Shown here: positions 27,143 through 41,191 of the stretch, in pieces
Position numbering within the stretch: position 1 is the stretch's first letter
How the letters are laid out: every line of letters begins with the position of its first letter
Source: Octopus sinensis
Lineage: Eukaryota
Assembly (NCBI RefSeq): GCF_006345805.1
Contig: NC_043005.1
Span: 94,860,001 to 94,924,000 of the forward strand
Direction of reading: 5' to 3'
DNA length: 64,000 nucleotides
Notes under the pieces: generated by a model
Told to the model about the DNA's origin: nothing
The model's input: the letters and a program-made list of their open reading frames with translations, nothing else
Database searches by the model: none
Made by a program: the position numbers and the translations under genes

Positions 27143-29204
27143 TATATTTATTTATTATAGGCCACGATAGACATTAGCTTGTTAAAATGATTAAATTATC
27201 GAAAATCAATGCTGAATATGGGTGAGTTTTTTATTTTTTAAAATTTATTTTATATTTATTTATTTATTTGAGATTAAAGTGTCACCCTTCACTTTTTTCC
27301 CTTTCCTCTTTCTGATACAATATGAAAGAAAGAAAATGACTGTTAAGCCAAGCTTAAAATATAGGAAATGATTTATTATCCCCAAGTATTTCTGATGGCA
27401 ATACATACATTTATTAAAAATCTAAATTATATTATTACATCAAAATGGCTGATGAATGCTGAAAGGCGGACACAATGCTAAATGATGGATATTTAGTCGC
27501 TTCTATTTACAAGATGATTTCGAATCCCACCAAAGCTGATTTTGCTTTTCAAACTTTTGAGTTATTGGGTCAATAAAATGAATACCTGGAAACTACAGAA
27601 GGGGATAAAACCAAATTTTCTCTTAACTTCTAACCTTGTGCTCAAGACATAAATGGGCATTTAGTTATGTTCATTAATGTTTTCAGTTCAAATCTCACTG
27701 TGGTCAGCTTTGCCTTTCATCCTTCCAGTGTCGATGGAATAATACATCAGTTGTTGCTAGTGTTTAGCCGCAGGTGAGCCCTGAGATTTAGTCGATCTAT
27801 GATAAAAGACGTTTCAGTCGTGACCATTCCGTCATAATTTCGTGGCAGAGTCATAGATCATCAGATAGAATGCCTTGTAATTTTCCCGGCTCTCTATTGA
27901 AGTCGACATTACCTTTCTTCCATTCGATGTCCAAAAAAGAAAAAGAAAGAAGAAAAACATTATCCTTTCAGGTCGATGGCTTTCAAAAGGTCGTTGGACA
28001 GGATGAATCACGATATGTTTCAACTCTGTGCTATCGGAGTTCAAGTCCGGCTCCTTGTTCCCCTTGAAACTACGGTCACTTTACGCAGTTAAATTAGTGG
28101 AAGAATAGAGAAGTCTTTTAGTAAGTACCCTAGTTTTTCAGCTGATTGCTCTTTACGACAACACCCCAAATACGAGGAGACTTTTAAATCCCGTGAACTC
28201 AAAAAGACATGCGTACAGACTTTCATAGTTCTTTGATACCTTTAGCTAAGTCAGTAATGGGGAACTTTCCTCATGTGTGTCTGAAGTGGTACACCGAAGG
28301 TAATACGTGATAGACTTTGTTAAAAATACCTCCTTTCAATACTGTGATATGCAATACTTACTTCTAAGCATTTATCTAACATAGATATTCATGTATACAT
28401 ATAAATATATATGGATTCTATTGGTCAAGATTATCTATGCATCTGCACACGTGTGCACGGTTCTATGCGAAATTTTTTTAATATGACAAGCAGTTGGCCA
28501 TGAATACAAGTTTCATCTCTCTATACCATCGATGTTTATTTCAGAGGAAAGGCTGCCGATTGGGACCGATACCGCTTCGCATCAGTTTCATCGCTGGCCT
28601 TTCTGTCGTAACGCTGAAAAGAGATACCACATGGCATCTTGTTCGACTCTCTAAAAGGGCCGTTAACCCACCACCTTGGATTGATTCTCTTTTATTGACC
28701 CCGACGGAATGAAAGGTGAAATTGACTTCAACAGGACGTAAAGTATCGAAATACATACAAAGCTTCGTACATCGCTTTGACTAAATATGATTTCATGCAT
28801 CGAATTTTGTAAGAAAAGGAGAAGATGGTGGATAAGGAAGATGGTAGTGATGGAGAGAATGAGGAGGGAAAGAGAGAGAACAAGGTGCTAAGGAGGGGTA
28901 ATGGTGGTGGTGTCGGTGGCTTAAAGAGGATAGTCGATTAATTGCCACTACTAAATTTTGTTGACCGCTGAAAGATGAAAAGCAAAATCGATTCCAACGA
29001 AGTTATTTGAACTTGAGCTCAAAATCAGAAGAGAAAGAGGAAAAAGAAAAACATAACGAAACTTAGTGTGGTAAACCTTATCCGTTCCGAAGATTTAATG
29101 ATGATGCTGGCGACGACGATGATGGTAATGCAGCTTCTGTCAGTTTCGAGACTGAATACTGAGTTTTTCGATCGAATGAGCTGTCTGCTTGTTAAATCAG
29201 TGTA

Positions 29205-29530
29205 TAAATACCTGAAGCTGAATGGTTAAAAAGTTTACTTCACAACTACGAGGTCTTGGGTTTGATGGCTCGGAGTGACATCTTGAGCAAATGTCAATTT
29301 CTGTAATTTCGGATTGATCTATACGATGTGAACAAATTTAGCAGGCCGGAAACTGTGTAGACAGAAAGCCCGTCGGCTGGATTTTATATGTACTGTCTTG
29401 TTACATATGTGTTGAACTGTTTCTCTCTGAGAATTGTGGAATGCTCAACCACTTGCTCGTTAATTCAGGAGCAGGTAATTTGGTTGATCGAATAACTGAA
29501 TCTACATCGTCGAAATCGACGGAGAGCCAT
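29205..29530 (+). mobile_element. Old diverged SINE relic, with a family-3-like head and a family-1-like tail
   Basis: Partial similarity to 44565-44925 (GGAAACTG...GAAAGCCCGTCG) and to 47228-47552 (TGTGGAATGCTCA.CCA.TTGC.CGTTAATT). Confidence 0.5.
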
Positions 29531-29538
29531 CAATATAT

Positions 29539-29581
<43 letters not shown>

Positions 29582-30796
29582 TCACAGACACGCTTGTATC
29601 TCTAACATAAATCTCAGAGCTCAAACAAATAGATACAGATTGTAGCAAAGCTAAATCCATGAATTACTGGATCTTCGGGCTTCCACACCGTTTCCCTTCA
29701 CCCAGTTCCACTTCAAAGGCTTGGGTTGACCTGAGGTTACAGTAAATAACGTTTGATCAAGATTTTACGCTGAAGAATTGAATCTGAGACTTCGTGATTG
29801 CAAACGAAATTCTTAACGATTCAGCCATGCGCAAGTCCACTTTTTATTTCATTTTATTTTATTTATTTACGTATTTATTTATTTTATTCATTTATTTGTT
29901 GTTATTGCTGCTGCCGTTGATGTTATTGTTAAGTGATGATAAATAGACAGAAAAAGACATAGATTAAAAGAAAGGCGCAATTTCTAAAATCACTCTTCAT
30001 CAAATATACATTTTCAACGAAGTACTAATCGATCATTTCCGAATATTATACAGCTATTATTTAAAGTGCTTCGATAAACACAAGATAGTCATTAGAGTCA
30101 AGTAACAGGATGGTGTGTTTGTTGGTCCGCACATATGTCTACTGAAATAAATTATTATGTGAATCTAAGGAATAATTATTCAACACAGAAGCGATGTAGA
30201 TTATTAATTTCATTTTATTTTTAAGCATTATTGAGTGGTGGAGAATCGGTAGAATGTCGGACAAAATACCTCGTAGTATTAAGTTTATGTCTGTTGACTT
30301 CCTGAGTCCAAAATCTATTCCTGTTCATTTTGTTGATAAAATACAAACGTTACTGAGGAGGGCGAAGGAATCGACTACATCCAAGAAAATTTTGCCTCAG
30401 TATGGCCAGAGCAAAATGACTGAAATTAATAAAAGACTTTTCAAAACAGAGAATAAATAGATACTAAGCCTAAGGCATAAGAAGATTTTAGAGTTTTCGA
30501 AAAGCTATGGGTTCCTGAAAATCAATACTTGGAAATATGTAATATATTTATCTGGAACAGCCTTTCAACAGAAGATGGAGTAAACTACAAAATCGAAGAG
30601 ATATAGAAAAGAGAGACAGAGAGACAAAAACAGACCGACAGACAGAGACACTCTCCAGATAAGCCGAATTCGTGGCCACCATTCGGTTCCCATTTCATTT
30701 CATGTACGTTGTTAATCATCTCGGGATCATAATATAAACATCATATATAAACATCGCATATTTCGTTATGCAGATACGTGGTGTATGTATGGGAAG

Positions 30797-30833
<37 letters not shown>

Positions 30834-31109
30834 TATGTGTTTGTGTGTGTGTGTGTGTGTTTATGTGTTGTGCGTGTGTGTGTGTAACAGTGACTCGTCC
30901 GGTTCACATATCACTGAAAACAACCCTCTGTTTTCATTGAAGTTTGCAGTATTTGATGACGCTTTGTTATTATTTTTAAGTATATTGCGAAGGGATCCGG
31001 CATTGCTTCCCAAAAAAGTAGTCTCTGTAACCTCTTGTTGTTTGGGATTATTTCAGAAACAGGAGAAAGTCTTGATATAAACACGAAATACTAATGTCTT
31101 ACATAGGTA

Positions 31110-31310
31110 CCAAGCGAGAAGTCTGTGGGGAGGAAACCATCGATTATAATCGACCCAAATATACCAGGTACTTGGGTTGATCATGTCAATCCAAGTATTT
31201 GGCTAGTACTTTATTTTTCGGCCCAGGAGGATGAAAGACAAAGCTGACTTCAGCATGATTCGAACTCAGATGGTAAAGAGCCGTAACAAGGTATTTTTTT
31301 GTCTGACACT
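31110..31310 (-). mobile_element. SINE family 2, diverged
   Basis: GGATGAAAGACAAAG.TGACTTC.GC.TGATTCGAACTCAGA on the + strand matches the family-2 core and B-box region. Confidence 0.6.
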
Positions 31311-33374
31311 TTAGCATTTATGTAGAACGGAAGAATGGTAGAAACGCAAGAGCACCGGATTCACTGCCTTCTAATTCTGAACTGTACCGTCCCCTGTGCC
31401 TTCTACACGATTTGTAGAACACTAGCCTTTCAGTTTCTAAGTAGTTACTCGTCCTGCTAGAAAAAACAGTCAAATAAGCCTGCAGATTGTATAATACATT
31501 CCTAGATAATCGAAGTTTGGAAGCTTTTGATAACACATCTACTTGGTCACTGTTGATCTGGGAAAGAGTCTAAAACAAAAACAACAACACGCAATGCTTG
31601 TTGGACACGTGAGGAGATATGCTAACTGTAATTTTATTATTCTCTGATATCTAAATCACATAACACAAAGCAGATAGTTGCGAAGACGAGAAGATGACAT
31701 GTTGCATTCAACTATTGATGTACACTTACAGCTACAACGATATCTTGTGAAGCCACAGAGACCAGTTTCGTCCAGTAGTAGTAGACTGCGTTCTTAGCTG
31801 ACGATGACACTGACCAACCACATTCATTACACAATGCCACAAGCTTCAATATTGACCATAATAACAATAAGTGTCATGTACAGCTCGAGCGAGTAATATA
31901 AGCAAATGAAAAGCATTCTGTATTAAATAAAAGCATTCCAATGCATTACGGAAGAATTGCTTTCCTTGAAATCTTATTGTAAATTAAAATTCCGCAATTC
32001 GGAATCCATTTTCCTTTGACTTTCAATATACGTAACACAGAATTCAATTTTGTATAATATGGAAATCACTGGAAATAGGCTTCATGTCACGAAATTCCGC
32101 GTTGCGGTAAACTTTTCCGAAATACAATACCTTCGTAATGTGAATGATGCTTGTACTATTCCTAAGAGAAGTTGCCGAAGCTACAGTTGTAATTACTCTC
32201 TCCCTCTCCCTCTCTTTCTCTCTCTCTCGCCCCCTCTCTTTCCCTCACATTGTTTCTTTCATCCTCTCTTTCTCTTTCTATTTATCTATCTTTGTGTCGA
32301 AGTTACTTCAAAGACTTCATCAATACCGTAGATGCACCTTTTTCATGACTATGCCTTATGCTGTTTGAGATGAATGGTTGCTTATATAATCAGTGCTGAA
32401 GCTGCTGAGAAGATTCTTTTCCCACAAGTCATTTCTGAGCTCTCTCCTTTCTTCTGGAGCTTTTTCCTTTTTCTGCAATTTCTTAATGCCAAATGTGATC
32501 CACAGTTACAGCTGCCCTGCATGTTTGTCTCTAATTCTTACATAGAATTATGTAAAAGTTTCTTAGGTGCATCTCTTGGACAATGAGTTTCTGTAACTTG
32601 AGAACAGAGGGTCGCTTTTGCTGTTCTTGTGTCATAATATAGACATTAATTAACTACCACTATATTAAGACCTAACTACAATTGATGAGAGTGATTTATG
32701 TTAAAGGATGAAAGAACATTGAAAAAATAATGAGTCATATATTGTGAGCAAATACACTTTCTTACATACTTTCGCTTCAATTATTAAAAGAGTCAAGACT
32801 ATTGAAAAGGTTGCAAGACGCAACGAAAATTTTAGGAAAATAAAAATAAGAAATAAGTGGAAATTTTACCGGTAAGTGTGTTCCATTATAAGGCACAAAT
32901 AGAAAATGACTCTCTCCAGACACAACAGAATATGCTTCAACACACGAACTCATATAAAGAATCTTGCAAACCAAATCTCAAAACGAAATATTTTGAAGAT
33001 AACGAGAAGTATCAGGTAATCACATGGAATGAATTTATAAAACTGACGAATTTATAAAATTGATCGTTAATCTAAAAATTACCACTCATATGCTGGAGTA
33101 CTTATTGAATTTTAAAAAAAGAAAATCTATAACTCTTACAATCCAAAATTTTAAAGGGAAATAGAACTAATACCTGCAAACAAAAAGACGTGAAGTTTCG
33201 AACATTGACTGATTCTCCTGAAGCATCCAAGAAATCAGAATACCCGCCATCAGAAAAAGAATGGACGATAGAAAAAAGTATTAATAGTTAACAAGAAGTT
33301 CAAGTAACAATTTAAGGAGAAATAGCAAATAAAGTTACAAAAATTGCTGCTCGCGAAGTGGATATATTGTAGAG

Positions 33375-33607
33375 CAGTGGTTCTTAAGCAGGGTCCACAT
33401 GGCCCTTGGGGGTGGGGTCCATATAAGATTTTGTTGCTAATATTTATGTACAATAAATTGGTTATATTTCTACAATGCACAAAATATTTTAACAAGTTTT
33501 TTATTCGATTCTTAATAAAGAATATAATAGGACTCGTTGTAAGGGTCCACTTCAGTTAAATAGGAATCAGAGGAGTCTGTAAGTAAAAAAATGGTTGGGG
33601 ACCATCG
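33375..33607. mobile_element. hAT (Charlie-like) MITE
   Basis: Starts CAGTGGTTCTTAA and ends ATGGTTGGGGACCATCG, a degenerate CAGTGGT.C TIR pair. The flanks TTGTAGAG and TTCTAGCT resemble an NTCTAGAN 8-bp target. Confidence 0.6.
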
Positions 33608-35227
33608 TTCTAGCTAGAAGAAAATCTAGTATGGAGACAGTGTGCGGCCCGGAGCAGCTCTTGAGTTTGCCGCCTCCGCCTCCTGTATAGGCTTATACAG
33701 CAGACCCAAAAGTGACGCCCCCGTAAAATTATCGCCCGAGGCAAACCGTTTCCCCGTTCTCTCATCCTCCGCTACGTTCTCTGTATAGAAAGAAGGAATT
33801 TAATCATGATGATAAGTAGCCTTTTGATGAAATCAAAATTGAATAGTACTCTGGTGTCACATCACTGTCAATATTTATGGGAATATGCTTGAAAAACAGC
33901 AGGATAGGAAAATATCAGGAAGAGACTTCATTATTGGTCGTTGATATAGATAACTTTCGGTTGGTAACATCCTATTCATCTCTAGCAACAAACTCACTTG
34001 GGAAATCAATACACTAAGTTGGTTGACATTTGTGGAAACAAAGTTAATAACCAGGAACAAAGCCACTCACGAATTGTCGGTGAAGTGAAAGCCAGAATCT
34101 AACGTATAAACTGTATATAGATTGTCTAAGTCTATTCCACCGTGAATGTTGGTCAAGAACATCCTTCTACATAAACAAACTTCTGGAATGATATTGTTAA
34201 AATTACAATAATCCTGGAGGAATAATTCTAGACAGACCCTATACAGTTTACATATTATGTTCTGATATTCACCAGACATTGGATAATAGAGTTTGAAATA
34301 AAATGTCTGAAAAGATGAGATAATCATGACTAGAAATTCTTTGATCATAAGAACTAATCGATCGAAACTAACCTGGAGCTAAACAAGCACCACAACAGAT
34401 GGAAAGAACGTACTGCTTTATAAAATCGGTCGATTTTGTATCCATCTCATCGATTCTACTGGCCCTCCATCTTTCCAAAGTTCCAGAAACTATTATAACC
34501 ATACAGAAATAATTAATATAATTGCTAATGAAATAAAGTATTACATATGTATATTTCAAAGAGACAGTCTTTCTGCAAAGTTATTAACGCCTACATTGTG
34601 TGTTCAGCTATGATGGAGTCACAGAGGTGCCATCGTGTGCTATATTACATATCTTGACCATTTTCAAACCTAATGAAGCCCATCCCTCTCCAGATCTGAC
34701 AGCACAGTCAATTTCTTCTACAAAGAGAGACAGATAGAAAGAACGAATCAACTTCAAGACAGGATTAATACTTCATTTATCGATTCCTAAACGACGAGGA
34801 AATGCAAAATTGAGCTCAGAGCACCGACGGCCGAAAGGAATAATGTAAGGTGATCTACCCGACACTCTACCGACTCAACCAATTCGCTGCTTTAAAGTTA
34901 CTTTTGCTGGCAGGGAATTATTTACCATTTTCTTGGGGAAGTCTGAAGGTGCCTGATCTGCTCGAACGAAGATAAAAGCTTCAGCCTGGCATACAATTTA
35001 TTTCTGGACAATTTGCTTTTGTATGATAGAATTAAAGAAGACAAAAGAATTCAAGCGGACTGCAGAAGAAGTTCAACGAGGTCGTAAAAGCCAATATAAA
35101 GATAGGTAACGACATTATCAACAGCTGAAAAAAAATCAAGGCCAATGAGGGGACACTCTGGTGCGCTATCATCTGAGAAGAAACAACAACTTTTGGAGTT
35201 AACATATGTATGTATGTATTTATCATG

Positions 35228-35475
35228 TGAAGGCGCATGGTTTAGTTATTAGGGTATTCAGCTCACAAGCGTAAGGTCGTGATTTCGATACCCGGCAACG
35301 TTGTGTGTCCTTGTGTAAGACACTTAATTTCACGTTGTTCTAGTTCACTCACCTAGCAAAAAGGAGAAGTGCCTGTATTTCAAAGGGCCAGTCTTGTCAC
35401 ATCCTGTGTGACGCTGAATGTACATTGAAAGTACGTTTGCCTAGAGTGTTCCAACCACATGCGCGTTAATTTTAT
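35228..35475 (+). mobile_element. tRNA-derived SINE, family 1
   Basis: A-box-like GCATGGTTTAGTTATTAGGG, B-box-like TTTCGATACCC, then TGTGTCCTTGTGTAAGACACTT. Homologous to 47228-47552. Confidence 0.8.
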
Positions 35476-35504
35476 GAACAGACTATTCTTTTATCCTTTT
35501 ATTT

Positions 35505-35885
35505 GTTTCAGTCATTGGACTACGGCCATACTGGGGAATCGCCATGAAGGGTTTAGTCGAACAAATCCACCCCAGTATTTACTTTGTTTTCTTTGTAAAG
35601 CCAGGTACTTATTCTATCGTACCATATTACCGAACCGCTAAGGACGTAAAACAAATCAACACCAGTTGTCAAGCAGTGGTGGAGAACAAACGAACACAGA
35701 GACAGGCACGCATATATATGTATACACACACACACATACACACACACACACACACATACACACACATACGACGAGCTTCTTTTAGTTTGTCTTCTACTCG
35801 ACCTGATGCTATAGAAGAAGACACTGAGCTTGGAACTGTGTAGTTGGGAAACAAGCTTCTTACCACACAGCCACGCTTGCGCCTG
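35505..35885 (-). mobile_element. Bipartite tRNA-derived SINE, family 3, with internal (CA)n
   Basis: The head GTGGCTGTGTGGTAAGAAGCTTG is on the minus strand. Homologous to 44565-44925. Confidence 0.75.
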
Positions 35886-36016
35886 TATGTATAATCTTCC
35901 CTGTTTTTAATCATCATTTTTTTCCAATATCGGAAGAGCCGGTCATCGACTTTCATTGACATTTAGATAGCATAAGCTCGGTAGGCATATATGTGCAGTC
36001 ATATAGATGGTGTGTG

Positions 36017-36090
<74 letters not shown>

Positions 36091-36935
36091 ATGTGTGTGT
36101 GTGTGTGTGTGTTTGTGTTTGTGTTTGTATGTGTGTGTGTGATTGTATGCTATAAGTATTCGAGACAATTCCCCAACTTGAGGATAACGTCTCTTCCGCC
36201 AACCAATATCAGAGGCTATGAAATATGAAGGTCCGTGAACTCTGACATTCCTCCCTTACAAAATAAAGGAAAAGATAAAAATTCAAATTCAAATTCAAAG
36301 TATCAATGCATACAAACAAACGTACACCCATATATAACAGCATAAACGCCTTGAATTCTCAGCGGAAACCACCACGCATCCTGGGGCCCGTAAGCACGTT
36401 TGTTCTTCCCCCAGGGGCTCTATATGCATACATATACATAAATGTATACATGCATGCATACTGGTACACTTGTACCAATAATAATTGGTACATTTCGTTT
36501 TATGAATAAATGCCTAAGTAGCAATGTGAAAAAAAAATCAACGGTTAATTTGCATATTACAAATACAAATTGTAAGCAGAACTGTAAAAATATGCAAGAC
36601 TTTTCTCAAATTCAAAATGTGAATGTGTTTTTGTTATCTACATTCCAATAATGGGGCTTTGCATCTTTTTTAGAAACCAGTTCCTTCTTTCCAGGAACAC
36701 TTCAAATACTTAAAAATATAAGAGAACATTCACATATGCATAGAGATACATATGAACATACATACATATAAATGCGCACACATACATTCATGCATACATC
36801 ATACATACACACACACCTGCATACATATATGGCTACACAAGTATGACTTCCTAGTTTATAATAAATGTCACTGAAGATTGATGTCCGGCTCTTTCGATAT
36901 TGTAAAAACGTGATGACTAAATACAGGGAAGATTA
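35885..36935. repeat. Two inverted copies of an about 85-bp repeat (35885-35975 and 36860-36935)
   Basis: TAAATGTCA.TGAA..T.GATG.CCGGCTCTT.CGATATTG...ACAGGGAAGATTATACATA is on + at 36860 and on - at 35885. Confidence 0.7.
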
Positions 36936-37789
36936 TACATATATAAACACATACATACGTGTTATACACATACATGCATATACATATATATCTATATACA
37001 CACATAGTAAATGGGCATCAGTCGGTTTCGACGATGAATACTCATTTGTTAGATCGTCTGAATTACCTGTTCATTGAATTGCCAAGTAAGTAGCTGATCA
37101 GTCTATAAACGTGTGCAATATTAACTCTTCAGAGATATACACGACAAAACGCAGTGCATAAACAAGGTTGTATCTTTAAATAAAAGGGACACTATCTAAT
37201 TGGCGAGCTTCAGCACATTTTCCATCTATCCAATTTTACTCACAAGACTTGGGTTGAGCCGAGCCCATAACCAAGGAAGCCGCAACGATTGATCTCTAGA
37301 CCGCGTGATTACGAAGTAGAGTTCGTAACTGTTCTGTTCTGTTGCGTTCAAGCACACGCGCACGGGCATCCACACATACCTACATATATTTACATAAAGC
37401 CTCTCTTCTTTGATCATTGGTTCATAATTATACCAATAACGATTAGGGAACATGAAAGGCAGCGAGCAGGCAGAATCTTTGGCACGCCAAGTAAAATGCT
37501 TAACTGCCTTTCTTCTGGCTTTACGTTCTGAGTTCAAATTCCGCCTTCGGACAAGAGAATATCGCTTGTAATATGTTAATTCTTTTACACTGAATAAAAT
37601 ACAATGAAAATGAGCGTTATATAATGAAGATTATTTGTACCTTTTTTTTTTTTAATCTCGCCTCCAAACATTAAGTAGGAAACGATAGCCAGTAGATGCA
37701 TGCATTGACATGTTCGCTAGGCTAACAAACAGATTCTGAAAAGCTGAAACAAATTGGCATTGGGTATTTTATATATTGGTTTCCCGTAC

Positions 37790-37858
37790 GTTTGCGACAC
37801 ACCTATGCCCTGCTGGCGACACACTAATGTGTTGTGACCCGCAGTTTGGAAAACACTG
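37790..37858 (-). mobile_element. hAT-type terminal fragment
   Basis: The minus strand begins CAGTGTTTTCCAAACTGCGGGTC.CAAC.CATTAGTGTGTCGC, a Charlie-type TIR. I did not find the partner end. Confidence 0.45.
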
Positions 37859-38756
37859 CAGTAACACATCATTGTTCTTATCCAAGTACCAGTAATGTCG
37901 CTTTGTTTCTTTGTTAGAATCCATTTCTTTCATTCTAGGAAGAATTCAAAAACTTAACGAAAATAAAGTAACACACAGATATATATGCATACATACATAC
38001 ATACATACATACATGCATTTATATATACATATACACTCACACACTTACATACGTCATACACACATACATGCATAATTTCACATAATTTAAAGAGAGTTCT
38101 CTATTTACATATTTAAACATCAAATCTAAAATAAACAATAAAATGAATAAATAACCACGACAAATGAGAATATTGGTCTTTTAAATCCAGATTAAAGCTT
38201 AAATATTTATTGCTTTGTCTGTGGGGCATTTGATTCTAAGAAGACATATTTGAACGACAGTCTTGTAAAGTTAGGTTTCTCGGAGATCAAGCAGAATCGA
38301 TTGATTCGCAGGTTGCAAGCGTAAATCTATCAGCCAGTCTGACGAGATAAGTTAGACATTCCAGCAGTAAGGTTTGTAGACAATCGTAATTGCTATTCTC
38401 CCAATTCAGCCTTGTCACTCACTGACTGTATATTATCGAGTTAAACAGAGATGTTTTTTAAACACACAGACACACATATACCTATGTATACATACATATT
38501 TATGTAAACCTGTGTGTATTTCTCTGTGTGTGCATACGAGAGTATATATATTGGTTGGTTGTTGATGATTCACACCGTTGCTACGCGTGTTTTTCGCTAT
38601 GTGCCATTCTTCAAGCGACATACTGATAAGTTGTTTTTTGTGTGGCCAAAACAGGCGCTCTAATTTTCCTTAGGTGGCAAAACGTATCAGTATGAAAGTA
38701 GATTCATACATACATACATGGATAGATGGATGGGTGGATGGATGGAAGGACGAATT

Positions 38757-38796
<40 letters not shown>

Positions 38797-38801
<5 letters not shown>

Positions 38802-39182
38802 TGAGTTTGTGTGCTGTCTGTCTCCTACGATTTAGATTCCTAACTACTCCCACATTTTGCGGTGTAGTTTAACCAAAACCGGGTATCTTATAGTCGTGAT
38901 TCATATCGAGCCCTTCTGGGTATTAGCGCGCGTCTACGATGAGTCTACGATTAAAAAAAAATTTACCATCAATTTTTTCCCATTTTTAATGCATTTTTGG
39001 CATATATAAGGGAAGTAACTCTCTAAAAATTTATTATTAAATCTCAGAACGTAAAAAGCTACAGTAACCCAACCCCTTTGTGGTTAGCCATGTTGTGATG
39101 GCTGTTATACTTTACATCTCTAAAAATGCTTATATAGTTATTTCCCTTACAAACCCGAGCAACGCCGGGCGATACTGCTAGT
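38797..39182 (-). mobile_element. Non-autonomous Helitron/Helentron-like element, copy 1
   Basis: The minus strand starts ACTAGCAGTATCGCCCGGCGTTGCTCGGG (sub-terminal hairpin) and ends CTCACTTTT followed by (TA)n. It has no TIRs and is inserted in (TA)n. Confidence 0.65.
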
Positions 39183-39198
39183 ATATATATATATATAT

Positions 39199-39308
39199 GG
39201 TATTACCTTGATGGCCAGATAACCGAAGAGATGGTGTTGTGGATTTCCACCTCGGCATCCGAGTTTTATCTTGGCTATTGAATAATTGCCACATATTATT
39301 TTACAGAT
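39199..39308 (+). repeat. Monomer of the hammerhead-like repeat seen at 21779-22006 (GAAA segment deleted)
   Basis: GATAACCGAAGAGATG...CATCCGAGTTTTATC...GAATAATTG.CACATATTA..TTACAGAT matches the right arm at 21907-22006. Confidence 0.75.
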
Positions 39309-39309
39309 G

Positions 39310-39360
<51 letters not shown>

Positions 39361-39458
39361 TATATAATATATATATATATATACACACATATGTGTATGT
39401 GAGTGTGTACCAGTGTATGCATATACGCACACAAACAAGTACACAGACACGCTCATAC

Positions 39459-39511
<53 letters not shown>

Positions 39512-39512
39512 C

Positions 39513-39785
39513 ACTAGCAGTATCGCCCGGCGTTGCTCGGGTTTGTAAGTGAAATAACTATATAAGCATTTTTAGAGAGTTACTTCCCTTATATAACAGC
39601 AAAAAATTCCATTAAAAATGGAAAAAAAATTATGGTAAATTTTTTTTTAAATCGTAGACTCATCGTAGACGAAGAGCTCGATATGAATCACGACTATAAG
39701 ATACCCGGTTTTGGTTAAACTGCACCGCAAAATGTGGGAGTAGTTAGGAATCTAAATCGTAGGAGACAGACACCACGCAACCTCA

Positions 39786-39790
<5 letters not shown>
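39513..39790 (+). mobile_element. Non-autonomous Helitron/Helentron-like element, copy 2 (internally deleted)
   Basis: Reverse complement of 38797-39182, missing a segment bounded by the direct repeat TTTTAGAGA. Confidence 0.65.
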
Positions 39791-39819
<29 letters not shown>

Positions 39820-39820
<1 letters not shown>

Positions 39821-41079
39821 GAGGGACGTTCAATAAGTAATGCCTCTGACACACTTGCATGTGCAATCATTTATATCTCTGTAGAGTAAGTGGCAAATTA
39901 CAGCTCTGAACTAATTGTGGTTTCTGATTTACAGGTGTTTGAACCGAGTCAAGTGTGAAGTGGAGCCTGTTAAGTGTCGAGCAGTGATCCGATTTTTGTA
40001 TTTGAAAGGACGCACACCACGGGAGACTTTTGATGAAATGAAAGTAACTTATGGTGATGATGCCCCATCATATGACCTTGTAAAACGCTGGCATCGTGAA
40101 TTCAAACATGGTCGGAACTCTGTGGAAACAGCTCCCAGATCTGGTCGTCCCCTTCTGCCATTGATGAGGCATCTGTCCGTCAAGTTGAGGCTGCCATTTT
40201 GGAAGATCGACGCATAATTATTCGCTAAATAGCCCATGAGGTCAAGATTAGTACCGGGTCTGTGGAAACTATCATTCATGACCACTTGCATATGCAAACG
40301 GTGTCTGCCAGATGGATTCCCAGGTTGCTCACGCCTTTCCAGAAGCAAGAACGCGTCGAGTGCTCGAGGGTGAATTTGGAGATGTGCCAAGAAGATGAGT
40401 CAAAATTTTTCAAAAGACTGATTACACAGGATGAAACCTGGGTCCATCACGATGATCCAGAGACCAAAGCCCAGTCAATGCAGTGGAAGCACCGTGACTC
40501 ACCCCCTCCAAAGAAGGCAAGGGTGCAGCCCTCCGCTGGCAAGGTCATGCTCACAGTCTTCTGGGACCAGGACGGAGTAGTGATGACAGATTTCCTGGCA
40601 AAGGGTACCACAATTGCAGGAGCCAATTATGCTTCACTTTTTAGGAAATTAAGAGGAGCTATCAAAATCAAGAGGCGGGGCAAGATCAGCAAAGGCATCC
40701 TCCTCCTGCAGGACAACGCTCCGGTCCACAACTCGCTTGTCGCCAGATCAGAAGCACAGGCGTATGGCTATGAACTCCTCCCCCATCCCCCTACTTTCCT
40801 GACCTTGCACCCTCTGATTTTCACCTCTTCCCAATCATGAAGTTGTTTTTGAAAGGAAAGCGTTTCCCAGATGATGCAGCCTTGATTTCTGAAGTCACGT
40901 TCAGGTTGGAGGACCAAGCTGGGGTCTTCTACAAAAACGGTCTCCAGAGCTGCATCAAGCAATGGGAGAAATGCGTAACTCTGGGTGGTTCCTATGTAGA
41001 AAAAGACTAACTGTGCCAAGTTTCGTTGCTCTACTGCTATGGGAAGTGGGTCAGGGGCATTACTTATTGAACGCCCCTC

Positions 41080-41080
<1 letters not shown>
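39820..41080 (+). mobile_element. Full-length mariner (DD34D) transposon, inactive
   Basis: 31-bp TIRs CGAGGG(A/G)CGTTCAATAAGTAATGCC(T/C)CTGAC with 2 mismatches, TA on both sides within (TA)n, 1261 bp long. Confidence 0.95.
39960..41010 (+). pseudogene. Mariner transposase
   Basis: RAVIRFL, VKRWHREF, RSGRP, WIPRLLT, ITQDETWVHH, LLQDNAPVH, and (frameshifted) PDLAPSDFHLF ... GGSYVEKD*. One internal stop and two frameshifts. Confidence 0.93.
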
Positions 41081-41111
<31 letters not shown>

Positions 41112-41191
41112 CAAAGTGGTGTTGTAGGGTACCGCACGAGTGGAATTATATACGAAGGTAGGTTTGAAAATGCAATTTAAAAAATGTTTAT

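Noticed and set aside
27960-32640. Short open frames that might be host exons (about 27977, 30890, 31680, 32370-32635)
   Set aside because: No convincing splice sites, no recognisable protein similarity, and nearby in-frame stops.
33860-34560. Possible ancient LINE fragment on the minus strand (MFLTNIHGGIDLDNL)
   Set aside because: Only a weak resemblance to one GGL motif; not enough for a call without a profile search.
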